A DNA stretch of 64,000 bases, taken from the NCBI GenBank assembly GCA_973895155.1, contig OZ316894.1, positions 22,105,867-22,169,866 of the forward strand, written 5' to 3'. The position numbers and the translations under genes are program-made. The notes below the pieces were generated by a model that ran no database searches, was not told the origin of the DNA, and saw only the letters and a list, made by a program, of their open reading frames with translations. Shown here piece after piece: positions 26,779 to 39,947 of the stretch (the stretch's first letter is position 1; every line of letters begins with the position of its first letter). Source of the DNA: Marsupella aquatica. Its lineage: Eukaryota; Plantae; Marchantiophyta.

Positions 26779-27988
26779 CAAGTTAAGGTAATAAACTATA
26801 ATACACACATATGCAAGGGTGGGTATACTGTTTGACACCAACTATAAGTTCAAAATCAATAAAGTTACAAGTTAAGGTATATTGTTTGACACCAACTATA
26901 AGTTCAAAGTCAATAAAGTTACAAGTTAAGGTATACTGTTTAACACCAACTATAATTAAGTTCAAAATCTTACTATAAAACTACCAACTGAAATCTACTT
27001 TTAAGAGCCTAGGTCTAGAGTGAAGCCTCTAGACTGTAACTCTATGACCATCATGTGCATGGGAGAAACTCATGAGATGGCTATAATGTATGCACATGCC
27101 AGATTTTCATGATAATTTCTATAGGCAGTATGGCCCCACCACAACATATGTGCATAGAAGATGGATGTGTGTACAAAAAGTCTCATGTGCACATAAAGGA
27201 GAATGGTATATTATATATGATTATTATTAAAATGATGAATTTTTTTATCATTTCATTAACCTTCAAAGAATATGAATAGAGAATATATTTTGATAATGCT
27301 TTTATTGTCCTCTCTGCTATCTACGTTCAAAGAACGGGTAGTCGGGGCTAGTCAATAAAGCTACAAGTTAAGGTCTATTGTTTGACACCAACTATAAGTT
27401 CAAAATCAATAAAGTTACAAGTTAAGGCATTCTAGTACACACAACTGCAAGGGTCAGTGTACTATTTGACTCCAGTTGGAACTTCAAAATAAATATAATG
27501 TACAAGTCAGGGCATTCTGGTACACACATCTACAAGGGTCGGTATACTATTTGACCCCAATTGTAACTTTTAAATCAATATAATGTTACAAGTTAGGGCA
27601 TGCTGGTACATACATCTACAAGGGTCGGTGTACTGTTTGACCCCAATTGTAACTTTAAAATCAATATAAGGTTACAAGTTAAGTTATTCTGGTACACACA
27701 TCTGCAAGGGTCCGTGACTGTTTGACCCTAGTTGTAACACTCAAAATCAATATAAGGTTACAATTTAAGGCATTCTGGTACACACATCTGCAAGGGTCTA
27801 CTGTTTGACTCTAGTTGTAACACTCAAAATCAATATAAGGTTACAAGTTAAAGGCATTCTGGTACACACATCTACAAGGGTTGGTATAATGTTTGACCTT
27901 AGTTGTAACTTCAAAATCAATAAAGTCATAAGTTAAGGCAATTGGTACACACATATGCAAGGGTTTGAGTATTGTTAAACAAGTTGTA
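26779..27988. repeat. Minisatellite arrays of related ~55-bp and ~86-bp units
   Basis: Units of caagttaaggc/tattc..gtacacacatct.caagggtc...tgtttgacc...ttgtaacttcaaaatcaata.aag.tta; about 3 short units at 26820-26965 and about 7 long units at 27350-27988. Confidence 0.88.
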
Positions 27989-30900
27989 ATAATTTAAAAA
28001 ATGGTATAATACTCTAGAGTTTACATTACAATAATCTAACATTAAACTTCAAAACAATATTTTCATAACTAAGCCCTTCCAGTTGTTAACATCTTAGTAA
28101 TCCTTGCATTAAACTTCAATGTAAGCTTCCCATGACCAAACCCAAGCTTATTCACTCCACCTTCCTCAAGATCTTTGACCCCTAGTTATATTTCTAATAT
28201 TCTTTCCCCAATTTACTTGTACATAGTGCCCTTCAAGAGCCAGGGTTGAGTGAAGCTTTATATGTTTCTTACCAAGCTTATTTATTAGTGCAAAATTTGT
28301 TAATTGTCTTTTAAAATCCACTTTATACCCAACCTGGACATAACAATACTTTATGGATGTTTCAATATTGCTCTTTTTCAAAGCTCAACTACTAGCCATT
28401 CATTAGGCATCATAAAGGGCATAACCTACTTATGTCAAATCCAAGCATGGATAGGTTTAGTTTGATAGAGTTGTTTGCGTCAAGAAGTGACATTACTCTT
28501 CACACAAGTCTTCACACACAAAAGCGATAATTATAGGTGGTTGGATTCAAAACATTAATGGTATGAAAGTTCTTTTTGAGTTAAGGGACCACACGAGTAT
28601 TTGCACACAAAAGAAATCTGGACGGTTGGATTCAAAATATCTGACTGTATGAAAGTTCATTTTAACTTGAGAGACCACACACGTCTTCACACACAAAATG
28701 GATGTAGATCCTTCAATTCAAATCATCTAATGGTTGGACATTTATGGGGTGACATGGAATTTTCACAGAATTTTCAGATTTAAGGAAGTCTCTAACTGGA
28801 CCCGTAAAAACTAGAATTGTAAAAGTTATTGGAGTAGTGTCTAGTTGCCATGGTTTGTGAATCATTATGAAAGTCATGGTGTTAGGAGAAAAGCTGTAGA
28901 TAGCCCTCATGCGGCTAAGAAAATATGACTTGTGCCCCAAGGGGAATAATTGTGTGCTCCTGACACTTTACTATCAAGAACTGCAACTAAATATGCTGCA
29001 GACAGTGGGTGGTCTTGCAGGGCCTTACCGACTCATTGAGTTGTTGCAAGATCATAGGGCCACATTCAATGACCCCAAATTTTCGAATCTACTGTAGTGA
29101 CACTGCGATCTCAGAGTTGATAATCAAGCAGATCATCATTCTTGAATATCCCCTAAACTTGCATTTTGTTCAAATGTGGTAGAAGGTAGATCACGGAAAG
29201 ATCTACCTTGGTGTGGTGTTGACTGCAGATGGAGAAATTGTGAGTATGGAGAAATGTTTTTAAGTGATTTTGGACTTGTAAGCCATTCCTAAGAATCATC
29301 TTCTGTTGTGTCGCTTCCTGATTTTAATGCTAAAGGTCATGAGGTGAACATCTCTATGTCTTTCTCAAAGTTTGCCCTCTTTGGACGCAATTGAGGTCGA
29401 TGGTGTGATGATCCTCCCAGCTTCGTCACCTGGCTGTAGACTTGACAGCTAATTAATGAATTTCAACCACATTAATCGTTGTTTCTGTGTTAATGATGCG
29501 GATTTCTCCCAACGTTAAGCTAGATTGTTCTTCTTTCCTCCAGTCTTCTCATAATGGCATCTTTCTTACTTCAAATCTTGAACGGAACCTTCATTAATAT
29601 TCTGGAAGCTCACTTAAAAGCAGGTTTTCAAAAAGCACTTGTAGTATTGAGGTCGATGGATTAGTTTTACACGAGAAACTGGACTGATTACTATTATACC
29701 AGGGCAGATATTGAAATTCCAATTGGATCTTTCCTCCATCGGATTTCCTTCTGTACCCTTTGTTTCTAATGTCATCTAATCTGCCTACTTGGAGTCTTTG
29801 GCGGTCAAGCCCACTACATATACAATAGGACAGTCCTCCGAGTCATCATCAGATCTGAGGACCAAAGCATTGCTTTGTTTGCCAATGAACTGTGCGCCTA
29901 CCTTCCATAAGCTGATGTTAATTTTGGTTGTCGTTGCAATGGATGTATATTGTCCCAGTCAGTTTAATTTTGGTGAATGCAGTCACTCAATTTGCAAACT
30001 TGCCGGAAGACGGAGCTCCTGGTCAGGGAGCTGTAGGGACGCAGCCGTGAGGAGGTGGTCCGGGGGCAGGAGCTGCTTGCAGCCGGTGAATGACTGTTGC
30101 TCTTAAATTAATGCTGCTCTTTGTCGATGTATCTTAAATTTCCGCTATCTGGCATCAAGCTTGTATCGACAAGTAGTTATGGGTGCAAACATACCAGCCT
30201 CGCTGTTCCGCTTAGATTATTGATGAGTTCCACATTTAATGTACTGGGGTGTAATTTTTCTGTAGGCACCTGTCCAAATGCCATTGATGATCTGTGCATT
30301 CAGTGCACTAGGAGTGGCTGTTCCAGGCGACCTATGGCCTACGGAGGCTTGTCAAAGCATTCTCTTAGCTGTCAAAGAACTTGAATGAATATTCCCAGAT
30401 GGGTTGCCAAAACTTGATCCAATAGAGGTAACTTATTTTTTGTTTCTTCCATTCTTTCCTTGTTATCAACGTTCTGTTTGATAACTAGGTTCCTATGGGT
30501 ATTTTATGTCAATCATGAAGATGTCTTTCTGTCGTTAGATGATAGTTGAGTCGATTGCTATTAGCAATATACTTAATGGAAACAATCAGCTCACGGGTCG
30601 ACATTAGATGGCAACGACAGTATTGAGGAACGAACTGACTTGTGGAATAAACTCTCTGAACAGGCCTATTTACTGAACTTGATCATCAGCAAGTGGTTAT
30701 TCTCTCAAGTTGTTTCCTACCTGTAGACTTTGGTAAACCCAAGATATTTTACAATACTAGCATTAATTAGGTAAGGATGTTTCCAGTCGTACCCAAGGTA
30801 GTTCCATGATATGCTCCTCGGGTCTACTCCACTATCTCTCCAGCGCCAACAATAACTCCGTCCAGAGAGTCATGAACTCCAAAATGAGAATACGAAGAAA

Positions 30901-31207
30901 TCTGGCTCTGATTCATGTGGTAGGAGCCAAACTCATGTGCTGCGTCTTTGAAATACCGTAAAGAAATGCGAGGTTTCCAAGACAGGACAAGATCGATTTC
31001 TGCTGAGTTGATCACAAATTCTCCTCGTTCTCATTTTGCTGTTGCTGGTATCTCTGCTCCACTGCACATTCCGTGTTGATATAGAATCCAGCATCAGATT
31101 CTGCATTTCCAATCTAGTCTACATATCATGGGAAGAGCCGAAGGCAGGACTCGAACAAATTTGTCTGAACACCTAATTAAGTTTTTCCTCATCTCATTGT
31201 CCTCCTG

Positions 31208-31978
31208 CTAGTATCCCTGTTGCTGTTTCAGAGCCTGCTCCAACTGTGCAATGCGTTGGTCTTTCTCCCGGAGAAGGTTTTGATCACTGTCATTTTTGGA
31301 TTCTGCGTCCGCCAATCTCTTCTCAAACGTTTTGATCTCCTTTTCCCAAGCCTCGTCTGTCACCTCGAAAATCCCATGTGCTACCCGTACAAGTCGCCAA
31401 AGTGTAAGGATCACAAGCAATCCAACCGTGTCTGTGTCGAGAAAGATTTCTAAAAACAGAGCTGTACCAACCACAAATGCGTCCAGCACATAACCAGGAT
31501 GGCGGAAAAAGTAGAGGCCATTAGAAACCAACAGAAGTATGACATTCAAAGCGAGAATGGACAAAATGGCAATGGAGATCCAGAAGACAACTTCCCAGGG
31601 CTCCGTTTTCTCAAAATCCACACAATGGCAAATCTCGAGGTAAGCAGAGCAGACATTCAAGTCAGTGGTCTTGTTCTGGATGGTCCTGAGTATGTCAACA
31701 GCCGTAGCAAAGAGATCTACCAGCAAGAGAGAAACAATGAAGACGTGAACTGGAGTGGATTCCAGATACTCCGCCAAATCCTTCCGCCATTGCGCCCGAG
31801 TATCTTGTTCGATGATCCCGGCACGGAAGTCAAAAGCGGCCTTCTGCTTCTTTGCCCAAAAGCTCGATATGTTCTTTAGCGAGCCTTTGAGCTCGTCGAA
31901 ACTGCCCGAATCACCAACTCCGTGATAGTCCACTGCTGCTTGATCTTCCAGCAACTTCTGGCTCAAATTGTCTGCCAT
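31208..31978 (-). CDS. Hv1: Voltage-gated proton channel Hv1-like, 256 aa, intronless CDS
   Basis: S0 helix WRKDLAEYLES, S1 with selectivity Asp (LLLVDL), S2-S3 YFFRHPGYVLDAFVV, S4 LTLWRLVRVAHG, C-terminal coiled coil. Confidence 0.88.
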   Translation of the reverse strand: MADNLSQKLLEDQAAVDYHGVGDSGSFDELKGSLKNISSFWAKKQKAAFDFRAGIIEQDTRAQWRKDLAEYLESTPVHVFIVSLLLVDLFATAVDILRTIQNKTTDLNVCSAYLEICHCVDFEKTEPWEVVFWISIAILSILALNVILLLVSNGLYFFRHPGYVLDAFVVGTALFLEIFLDTDTVGLLVILTLWRLVRVAHGIFEVTDEAWEKEIKTFEKRLADAESKNDSDQNLLREKDQRIAQLEQALKQQQGY

Positions 31979-33257
31979 GTCAAGAGCTAGCTGCTCTCCC
32001 TTTCACACCTACGAAGAGGATGATGTTCGAGCACAGCAGCACTCGCTCCAAACCGTCGCTTCAAAACTTCAGAAAGCAATCAAACGTGGATGGTTGCCAA
32101 GGACGACCTCACGGCTGTCCAGTGTCATTCCGCTCAGCTCAAATTCACGTCTCCAACCATGATCCATGACAACCCAGCTCCTTCGTGCTTATAGTGAAAG
32201 AGGCAAACAAGTCTCAAATGTAATTGAGCTTCCAACCGTTGTGCACTTCGCTCAGACTGGAGAAAGTACCACAGCATTTGTCAAAACCCAAGAAGGGTAA
32301 AAAATACTCCTTGTGCAGCAGCAGCCGATAGGATTCCTCAATCGATCTGTTACACATTCCACCAATTTATGAATTTTCTTAGCGTTCGTCTGGACTCTAA
32401 GAAATACAGAACCTCTTTCCTCGATCTCCCTCACATTCAACAGTCAAAACGAATCCATGATTTTCTAACCCTTGGTCTTTTCGTTCTCAAAGAAAACACG
32501 GAGAGTCTCGTCAAGAAGCAGTACGACTGAATGGGGTATTTGGGCTCTTCTTGCAGAGTCTTAGCAAAGCTATGATTTTATTGCAAACCGTCTTTCCATC
32601 CAGAGTTCACACGCGAATAAAGCAAAGAGCAGGGACAAAGATTTCTCTGCTCCTGCACTCGGTTTCAATTTCAATGAACGCCCTAAATTCAGTGCAGCTC
32701 ATCCGCCCTTGTCGAATCATCCATTATTTCCTGATCCGCCAGTGAGTAACTTTGAAATCCTCACCCTCACAAATAGATTGCATTCTGAGCTGGGCAGTCT
32801 CATCTCGCTTTCTCGTTTCACCCGACCTACAGTACCAATCTCCAACTAACTGCGAATTGCTGCCCCCAATTGAGAATCAAGGATTGGGTCGAGAGAAGGT
32901 GCAATTACAGAACTGTAGTAACGGGAAACAGAATTCCAACAACAATTCACATGATTTCATTTCACCTTAATTTCGGGGTCCACTGCTCATGGGTTGCGGA
33001 GTATTTCGGCTCTGACTTCATGATACTTGTTCCTGTCCTTGGTTTATTCCTGAATGTGCTTGTTGTACTGCAAGTGCAGTGGAGTGGTCCCTCCTCGATA
33101 TTCTCTCTAATCTCCAGTGTGAATTTTAGTGAACTAGTGTAGATAACAGAGTGCCAAAAACAACAAAGGCAGCCTCTTTGTATGCTGTCTTTGCTTGTTT
33201 CCCTTTGATTGAGTCTTTCAAGGCAAATAAAATAAAATAAAAAATAAAAAAAGGCTT

Positions 33258-33480
33258 AGCGTGCTATAGATCACATTGCCACAAAGCAAAAGGTGCGCAA
33301 CCTGGAGAAATGATCCCACACGCAAAGACCCAATTGAAGGGAAGCAAACACTGCAAAAAAAAAACAAAAAAGGCTTAGTGTGCTATATATCACATTTCCA
33401 CAAAGCAAAAGGAGCAAAACCAGGAGACATGATCCAACACTCGAAAGACTCAATCAAAGGGAAACAAGCAAAGAGCTAGA
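33258..33480 (-). mobile_element. Two tandem ~120-bp fragments homologous to the CRE element 3' terminus (orthologous pair at 48244-48460)
   Basis: Reverse complement ttcccttcaattgggtctttgcgtgtgggatcatttctccaggtt...gctttgtggcaatgtgatctata resembles CRE end 5520-5616 (ttcccttgattgggttttttggcctgtgggatcctgtctcccggt...ctttggcagtttgatatata). Confidence 0.65.
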
Positions 33481-34891
33481 AAAGCCCTAAGGACCCAAGC
33501 AGAGGCTTCAAAAAAGTTCAGATGAGCAGGTCTTTTTACATTGATTTGGATGCCAATAAAGTTTTAATGCAAATCTTTCCTTTCCTTGTGCTAATTTTTA
33601 TCATTTCTTGGCTCTTTTGTGACAAAAAGCCACAGCATTAGGAACTTGCACTAAAACAGTCCCTACCTTTGATGGTAGGTCTTGTTTATTGGAAGTTATA
33701 GTTGGTCATAACTTATAACCTCATAACAGTCTTCAGTATTTTCTGTAGACTTTCCTTATGATTCTTACTTCACATTTGTCATATGTTGGTTATGTTACAC
33801 ATTTGTCATATGTTGGTTATGTTACAGTGTGCTCAAGTCAAGCAATTTATAGTGAATTTCTAGAGGTGGATACTGGTGTTTTCCCCTTCAGTTGAGTACA
33901 TCCATGTCCCACTTGTGATCCTAGTTACTTAGGACACTAGGTGTGGACCATTAGATGATCACACTATTGGACTGTTAGATCTTTATTTCTAGTTGTTTCT
34001 TTCTAGGTTATTGGGATTACTTGGCACTTGCCCTTTTCTTTTGGGTTTAGTGTTTGTCGTCTGTATACCTTTTTGCTTTAATTTACTCTGTTGTACTTTG
34101 TTTGGCACTTGTTATACTATATTTAATTTGCTTCTTTCGTTTAGGGGATGCTTTTGGGTTCTGAGGGCATGATTAGGTTGATGGTTGTTCCAGTTTGGCT
34201 TATTCCCCAATGTGCTTCTTACTTACAGTGAAGTGGGGCATCCTTGAGTTTTCTCCCTAATCTTCCTTTGTATTTTAATAGAAAAATTTATGGGTGGTCA
34301 TAACTCATAACCTCATAGCCAGCTTCACCTTTCTTCTAGACTCTCCATGTGAATCTTCCTATTTTTGTCTGAGGTTATGGGTCATAACCATGTAGCCAGT
34401 CTGGACAGTCCGGGTCCTGTCCTTGATTTAGATTTGTGTTATCGGGGTTAGTTATGTGTAAACAAAAAACACTAATGTACGCATGATGGGATTAGTGCTG
34501 GCCATTTTATTAAGTGATGACAGTACCTAAGAGATATACACTATCTCCAGCAGGATTCGAGCCTGAGACCTGCCCTGTCCCACTCACCTGCTGTACCACC
34601 TTACTAATATACATAGCTAGTAAATCAAGGCCGAACAGTAGGATAAGGGCCCACAATCCAATGTGCATGCCATTGTGAGATTGTCTTTGCTCAACAATCT
34701 TGGCGGTCTCACTGACTAATAAAGTATTATACACAAATGACTGATGGAATGACTCTACAATTGGTAAGTGATTGGGTTACTCCGGGGTTCTACCAGGCTT
34801 TTCAGTTCCCCGCTCAGTAGGGTGTTAGCCTTCACGGTTCCTTTGTAGATTCCTTTTCTGGTACTTGTTCCTTGTAGGCTTTTGGTTGGGA

Positions 34892-37800
34892 GCAAGATGA
34901 TATGGATGCAGGAGGCATTACGTAAACATTGGATGCTTAAGGGTGATAGGTGTTCTCAGTTACAATTCAACTCCTTCAAAGAAAGGGCTTCGGTCAATGA
35001 GATCAAAGGGCTGTATGATGTGAAGAATAAGATTCTGGGCAAATGGGAGGATCTGGCTAAGATTGCGTCCTCATTTTACTCTAATCTTCTATCCTCTAAA
35101 CACCGACCGTCTGAAGCTGAGTTAAATGCAGTGTTGGATAAGGTTCAACTCAGGATTTCGTCAGAAGATCAGCAATCGATGGTTCAGATGCTAGTTCTGG
35201 ATGAGATTCTTGCAGCTACCAAAGTTTTGGGGAAGCATAAGGCACGTGGACATGATGGGGTCCCGACTGAGTTCTTCCTGAGTTCCTGGGATTTTCTGGG
35301 CCCACTTTTACTGGAGGCTCTTAAGGGCGGAGTAGAGGCTGGAAAGTTTAACTCAAATTTCCTCAAAGGTACTATTGTCTTGCTGCCAAAAAAAAAGGGA
35401 TGAACTGAGGATTGAAAACAAACGTCCGATATCTTTGCTTACGGTAAGCTATAAGATTGGTACTAAGGCCTTTCAATTACGCTTGATCAGGGTCTTGATT
35501 AAGATTATTTCATCACAACAATATGCTTACCTACCGGGCCGCTCAATCCATCATACCATTCTACTAACAAATGAAATGGTTGTCAAGGCTATGGATGATC
35601 CGGATCCATACGTTTGTCTAAGGTTGGATGTCATCAAAGCTTTCGATAGTGTTGAATGGCTATTCATCGAAAGGATGTTGGTCAAAATTGGTTTCAGGCA
35701 CCGTTTCATTAATTTCTTCAGAGCCATCACGAAAGGAGCTTCTTCTAACATTCTGATAAATGGAAAAGTCTCTTCTCCTTTTACTATTTCTTGATCGGTT
35801 CATCAAGGATGTCCGATTTCACCTTTGTTTTTCATCATAGCTATTCAAGGATTGGATAGTATGATATCTGATCATCTGGCGAAAGGGCTATTGAAGGGGG
35901 TCCATTTCATGGATGTAAATGTGCATTTGGCACAGCAATTTTATGCAGATAACACTACCATTGTTATCAAAGCTAAAAAAACAGAATATCGACAATTGTA
36001 AAGGAATTTTTGAAGAGTTTGCATTGGCCTCTGGGCTGGGTTGCAATTGGGATAAGGCGTCGGTGATTCTGTTGAGTGAGAATCCCATACCAGCTGAACT
36101 GGAGGTTTTAAGTTGGAATTGGGAAAGTGTTGGAAACTTTTCTAAATTACTGGGCTTTATATTCGGTATTTAAGGAATTGAGCATGCCAGCTCTCTAACT
36201 CATATTCAAGGGATTCTGGAAAAAAAATTCTGTCGGCAAAGAAACGACCTATATCTTTTATGGCTCAGGTCTTATTTCTCAATCATATTCTTATGGGATC
36301 TTTATGGTTCATTTTCACGCTGTGGAGTGGCTCTGATAAGGATATTCATGCCATCAAATCGATGCTGATTAACTTCCTATGGGAAGGGCAACAGAGTTTG
36401 GCTCATCATTGGGTTGACTTCCGTATACTCTCTCTTCTCAAGAAAGATGGAGGAGTAGGTTTAATTTCGTTGGATCATCAGGTCACAGCACTAGCGGCTC
36501 GTTTCATTTTATTTGCACTAAAGGAAGGAGATCATCCTCTTCAATTAATTTTTTGTTCACGCATTAAAATTATCAGCGCACAAGTGGGGAACTTGGGATT
36601 ACTCTTGGATGTACAATCAGTGTCGCACTCTGCCTCAAGTCAGATCTGGAATCTGGTTCAATATCTGTCATTCTTGGAACAAGATAAAATCGTTGCTGCA
36701 TTTTTCGCTCCTGGCTAATTTGTTGAACCTTCCACTTTGGTCCCCGTCTTTCAATCATATTGATATCAAATCAATTGGCTGCAAATTGAATCAACACAAT
36801 GAGTTGAGAGGGTTGGGCTTATATCGATGGAAAGATGTAATTGATGCTTCGGCTGCTTCGCGTCACTGGGAGGAGTTAATTACATTGGGCGCTAAGTCCC
36901 AAAGTAAGAGAGCTTTTTCGGCTCTTATTGCCAATTCTAAGTTCCCGATGGTTCCGTTGGATGCTCCGGAGGGGGAGGCTAAGGTGTTCATTTCTCAGAT
37001 TCCCATGAGGAATGGAAACCTGGTTTGGGAAATTCAAGTGGAAAATCGGCTCTTAAAAGATATATGGAGCCCATAAGATATTCCGATTAGTCCCTCTAGT
37101 ACTTATGTTTTACATGACGGTGTTCTGAGGAAAAAGAAACTGAACCAGTAGCGGGCGAGGTACTTCACAGTATGGTAACAGGAAAGGTGAAAATCTGGAA
37201 TTCTCAACGCAGAGGTATGGGATTGATGGGGCCTATGCTTGGAACAGTCGGTACTTCTGAAAGCGTTCAATGGAATGATGGACAAAAGTTCTTTCATGCT
37301 TCAACTGCTTCCATTCGGAGAATGCTTCAACAACGGGATAAGACTTTCTTACATGGAATTGGCAAATGACGTATGGAATTCAGGGCGGTATCAGATCATA
37401 TGGAGAAATATTTGGAAACAATTTAGAGAAGAAAAGATAATTCTGTTTCAGATTTGACAGCTTGCTCACAGGATTAATGCTACTCAACATTATACCGGCA
37501 AGAGATCTTCTTGACACGATGTAAATGGTATTCTTATTCCATTCTCTCGTCTGGATCCTCTTTGGTGGTGTAAGCGGTGCGACAGAGAGACTCATGAGGA
37601 TATTATACACTATCAATGGACATGTACTGAATCTCAACAGATATGGGGATGGATTGCCAGGGTGATCGATGGGCAGTGCTATGATTCTTCAACCCTCGGT
37701 GGTGTCTTTCGGTGCTGTGCAGGCGATACTTGGTGCTCAGATTTCTGGAACTAGTAGGGGCTTTCCTTGTAAACTTTGGCATTTGATCCGGGGCCTCTCC

Positions 37801-38465
37801 AACTGGCATCTGTGGAAAGCCAGATGTTCTCTGGAAAAAGAGGAGATCCAAGTTTTGATCACTGGGATTCAGATTAAAATCTGGAGGGAGATACGTCTTT
37901 ATCTCATGATAGCTTGGTCTCAAGGACTTCTACGTCATAGGGCTGCTGGCCGAAGTCTCCAAGAACTTAAAGGATGCATGATCAAAGATTTTGGTAGAGA
38001 TAGTGACTTATTTAGTATTATTGAGGAGTCGATCATTGTTGAGTATAAGCCATTATGGACTTTCGACCCGCCCTGAATTGTTTTCAGGTTCCACTTTTGG
38101 CTTTAGGGATCAGTTTTAATTTCTTTGGCGATAGGATCTTAGTTTGTGGATGGCCTGTCCTGTCTTTGGGATTGGCGCCTTTATGCAGATGTTTAGTCCC
38201 TAGTTTTATCACTTGGTCTCTTCCTGCATTTTTTTGCTGAGTGTGTCCTCATTTCTGCTCAGCTCCTTGGTTTTAGTCAGGTAGGCCTCGTAGTTGGTGC
38301 CTTTCACCTTTCCTTTTTGCCCTGTCCGCTTGGTCGAATGTGTTTGGTCCGTGAGTGAATTTTTGGCCTATGATCTTGTTTTGGTCTGGCCAGGTTTACT
38401 CCCGGTTTTATTGGGTTTTGCTTTTCACATAAGTAAAATACTCCTTTCAAGTAAAAAAGAAGAAG
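34892..38465 (+). mobile_element. 5'-truncated L1-clade LINE, degenerate, from a different family than the 22789 element
   Basis: WMLKGDRCS, KARGHDGVP, KRPISLL, QYAYLPGRSI, LDVIKAFDSVEW, QGCPISP, YADN, GGVGL, zf-RVT-like WCKRC..C; many frameshifts; T-rich 3' UTR and short A-rich end near 38452-38465. Confidence 0.9.
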
Positions 38466-38970
38466 TAAGCTCTCTCTCTAGGAGGGCAGACTGAGGCTTG
38501 TTGGCTTAGAGCTATGTTCCATCAGCCCTGAATTGCAATACCCTTAAACGTCCAAGTAGTCAGGAGCCAATGAGAACTCTCTAATATTTTAGGGTGGTCC
38601 TCAAGTCGACGTGCAGGGTGGAAGGCCAGTCTGGCCTTCCACCCTACTTTGAGTGCCCTGAAGATGACCGGGAACTGGCAATAGTAGGTTGCACCCGACG
38701 TGATGACTTGTTATCTCCGGTGGCAACAAATAGTTCGGACGGTGTGCATGGACATTGGCAAACATCGATGTCCCACTCAAGGCATGGCGGTAGCGCCTAG
38801 TTTTTCTACTTGCGCCCAATACAGACATTCCGCCATGGATTTTCAACGTAAATTTCCAGTATATTGCTTGCACTTCGATTGCAACCAAGCACCTTCATCC
38901 AAATCTTGCTACTATTCTGCTCGAGGCGTTCAACTTGCTTTTGCCTGGTTCTACTGTGATTTAGTGAATT

Positions 38971-39947
38971 ATGGATACACAGTCGACAAACCACAGCACC
39001 ACAATGGCTGGAATTGAGGAGGCGCACAATGCACCTGCAAATGTCAATGTTGTCCGTCTTCCAGAGCAATTCTCCGAGAGGCAGTGGAAAATGCATGAGC
39101 TATGTCTGCTCATTGCTGCCAAGCGATTAGAGCACGAATTTTCTTTGAACAACAGCTCCAGGGAAAGGATAAGAACTGCTGATCAGAAATGGAGAGATAT
39201 CCAATCCGCCCTTGCTAGAGATGGGGTCTTACGAGTTTCTATGCAGATAACGAAACGATGGGAGAAATTGGTTACAGATTTTAAAAAGGTTTATGATTAT
39301 CAGAATCATGTCGGTAGCGGACAGCCAAGCTACTACGAGATGGCGAGTGAGGAAAGGAAGACCAGGAAGCTTCCAGTGAATTTTGCTCATGAGCTATTCG
39401 AGAGTATGGAACCTTGGATGGGGACTCAGAGAGCCATTAATCCATCTCCAAATCAAGTGGTGGATACTGGAAATGTGTAGGAGGAGGCTCACATTGAGAG
39501 CGAGCAGACCCCTGAAGGACCAGCCAGCAAAATTTTGGGGAACGACGTGGAGGTCGATTCTCCTCCACCTGTTCGAATGGAACCCTCCTCTATAGGAGTT
39601 GATGCAGCACAACGTCGAACACCACCTATAGGACTTGAGGACAGAGGCATCAAGAAAAGTCAAAGAGACAGACTCGACGACCAATTCAAAAAGACAAGTG
39701 CTAACTTCTTGGAATTTCTGGGAAAAGACTCAGAACACAAAAGTAGACTGGAGGAAACAAATAGAAACTGGGAGAAGGACAGGCACGATAGTGTTATAGC
39801 ATTGGATTTAAAAAGCATCAAGACATTTTAGACCAGCAATCTAAGATTTTAGACCAGCAATCTAAGATGACTGATGCGATGGCAAATGCAATTGGTGGAA
39901 TTTCTGACTCCATTCGGTTCTTTGCAACGGAGGTAGCACGTAGATAG
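38971..39947 (+). pseudogene. Harbinger Myb/SANT-like (trihelix) DNA-binding ORF, disrupted
   Basis: W..E...LI..K, KWRDIQ, QITKRWEKLVTDFKKVYDY, YYEM..EERK..KLPxNF. In-frame TAG at 39478-39480, frameshift near 39810, 21-bp tandem duplication at 39825-39866. Confidence 0.82.

Larger units (their letters stand above)
29266..34891. repeat. Segmental duplication, copy 1 (paired with 44291-50374)
   Basis: Colinear high identity from gattttggact.gtaagc through the Hv1 gene to ttgtaggcttttggttggga. Homology also covers 21610-22032 vs 43826-44280, across a 7.2-kb interruption. Confidence 0.95.

Noticed and set aside
26779-27988. Repeat array as CRISPR-like
   Set aside because: Whole units are repeated with no unique spacers, there are no cas genes, and the context is eukaryotic.
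29789-30384. ORFs in the conserved region between the RNxxAH ORF and Hv1
   Set aside because: Frames are not preserved in the duplicate (stops and indels at 44850-45420), consistent with non-coding DNA.
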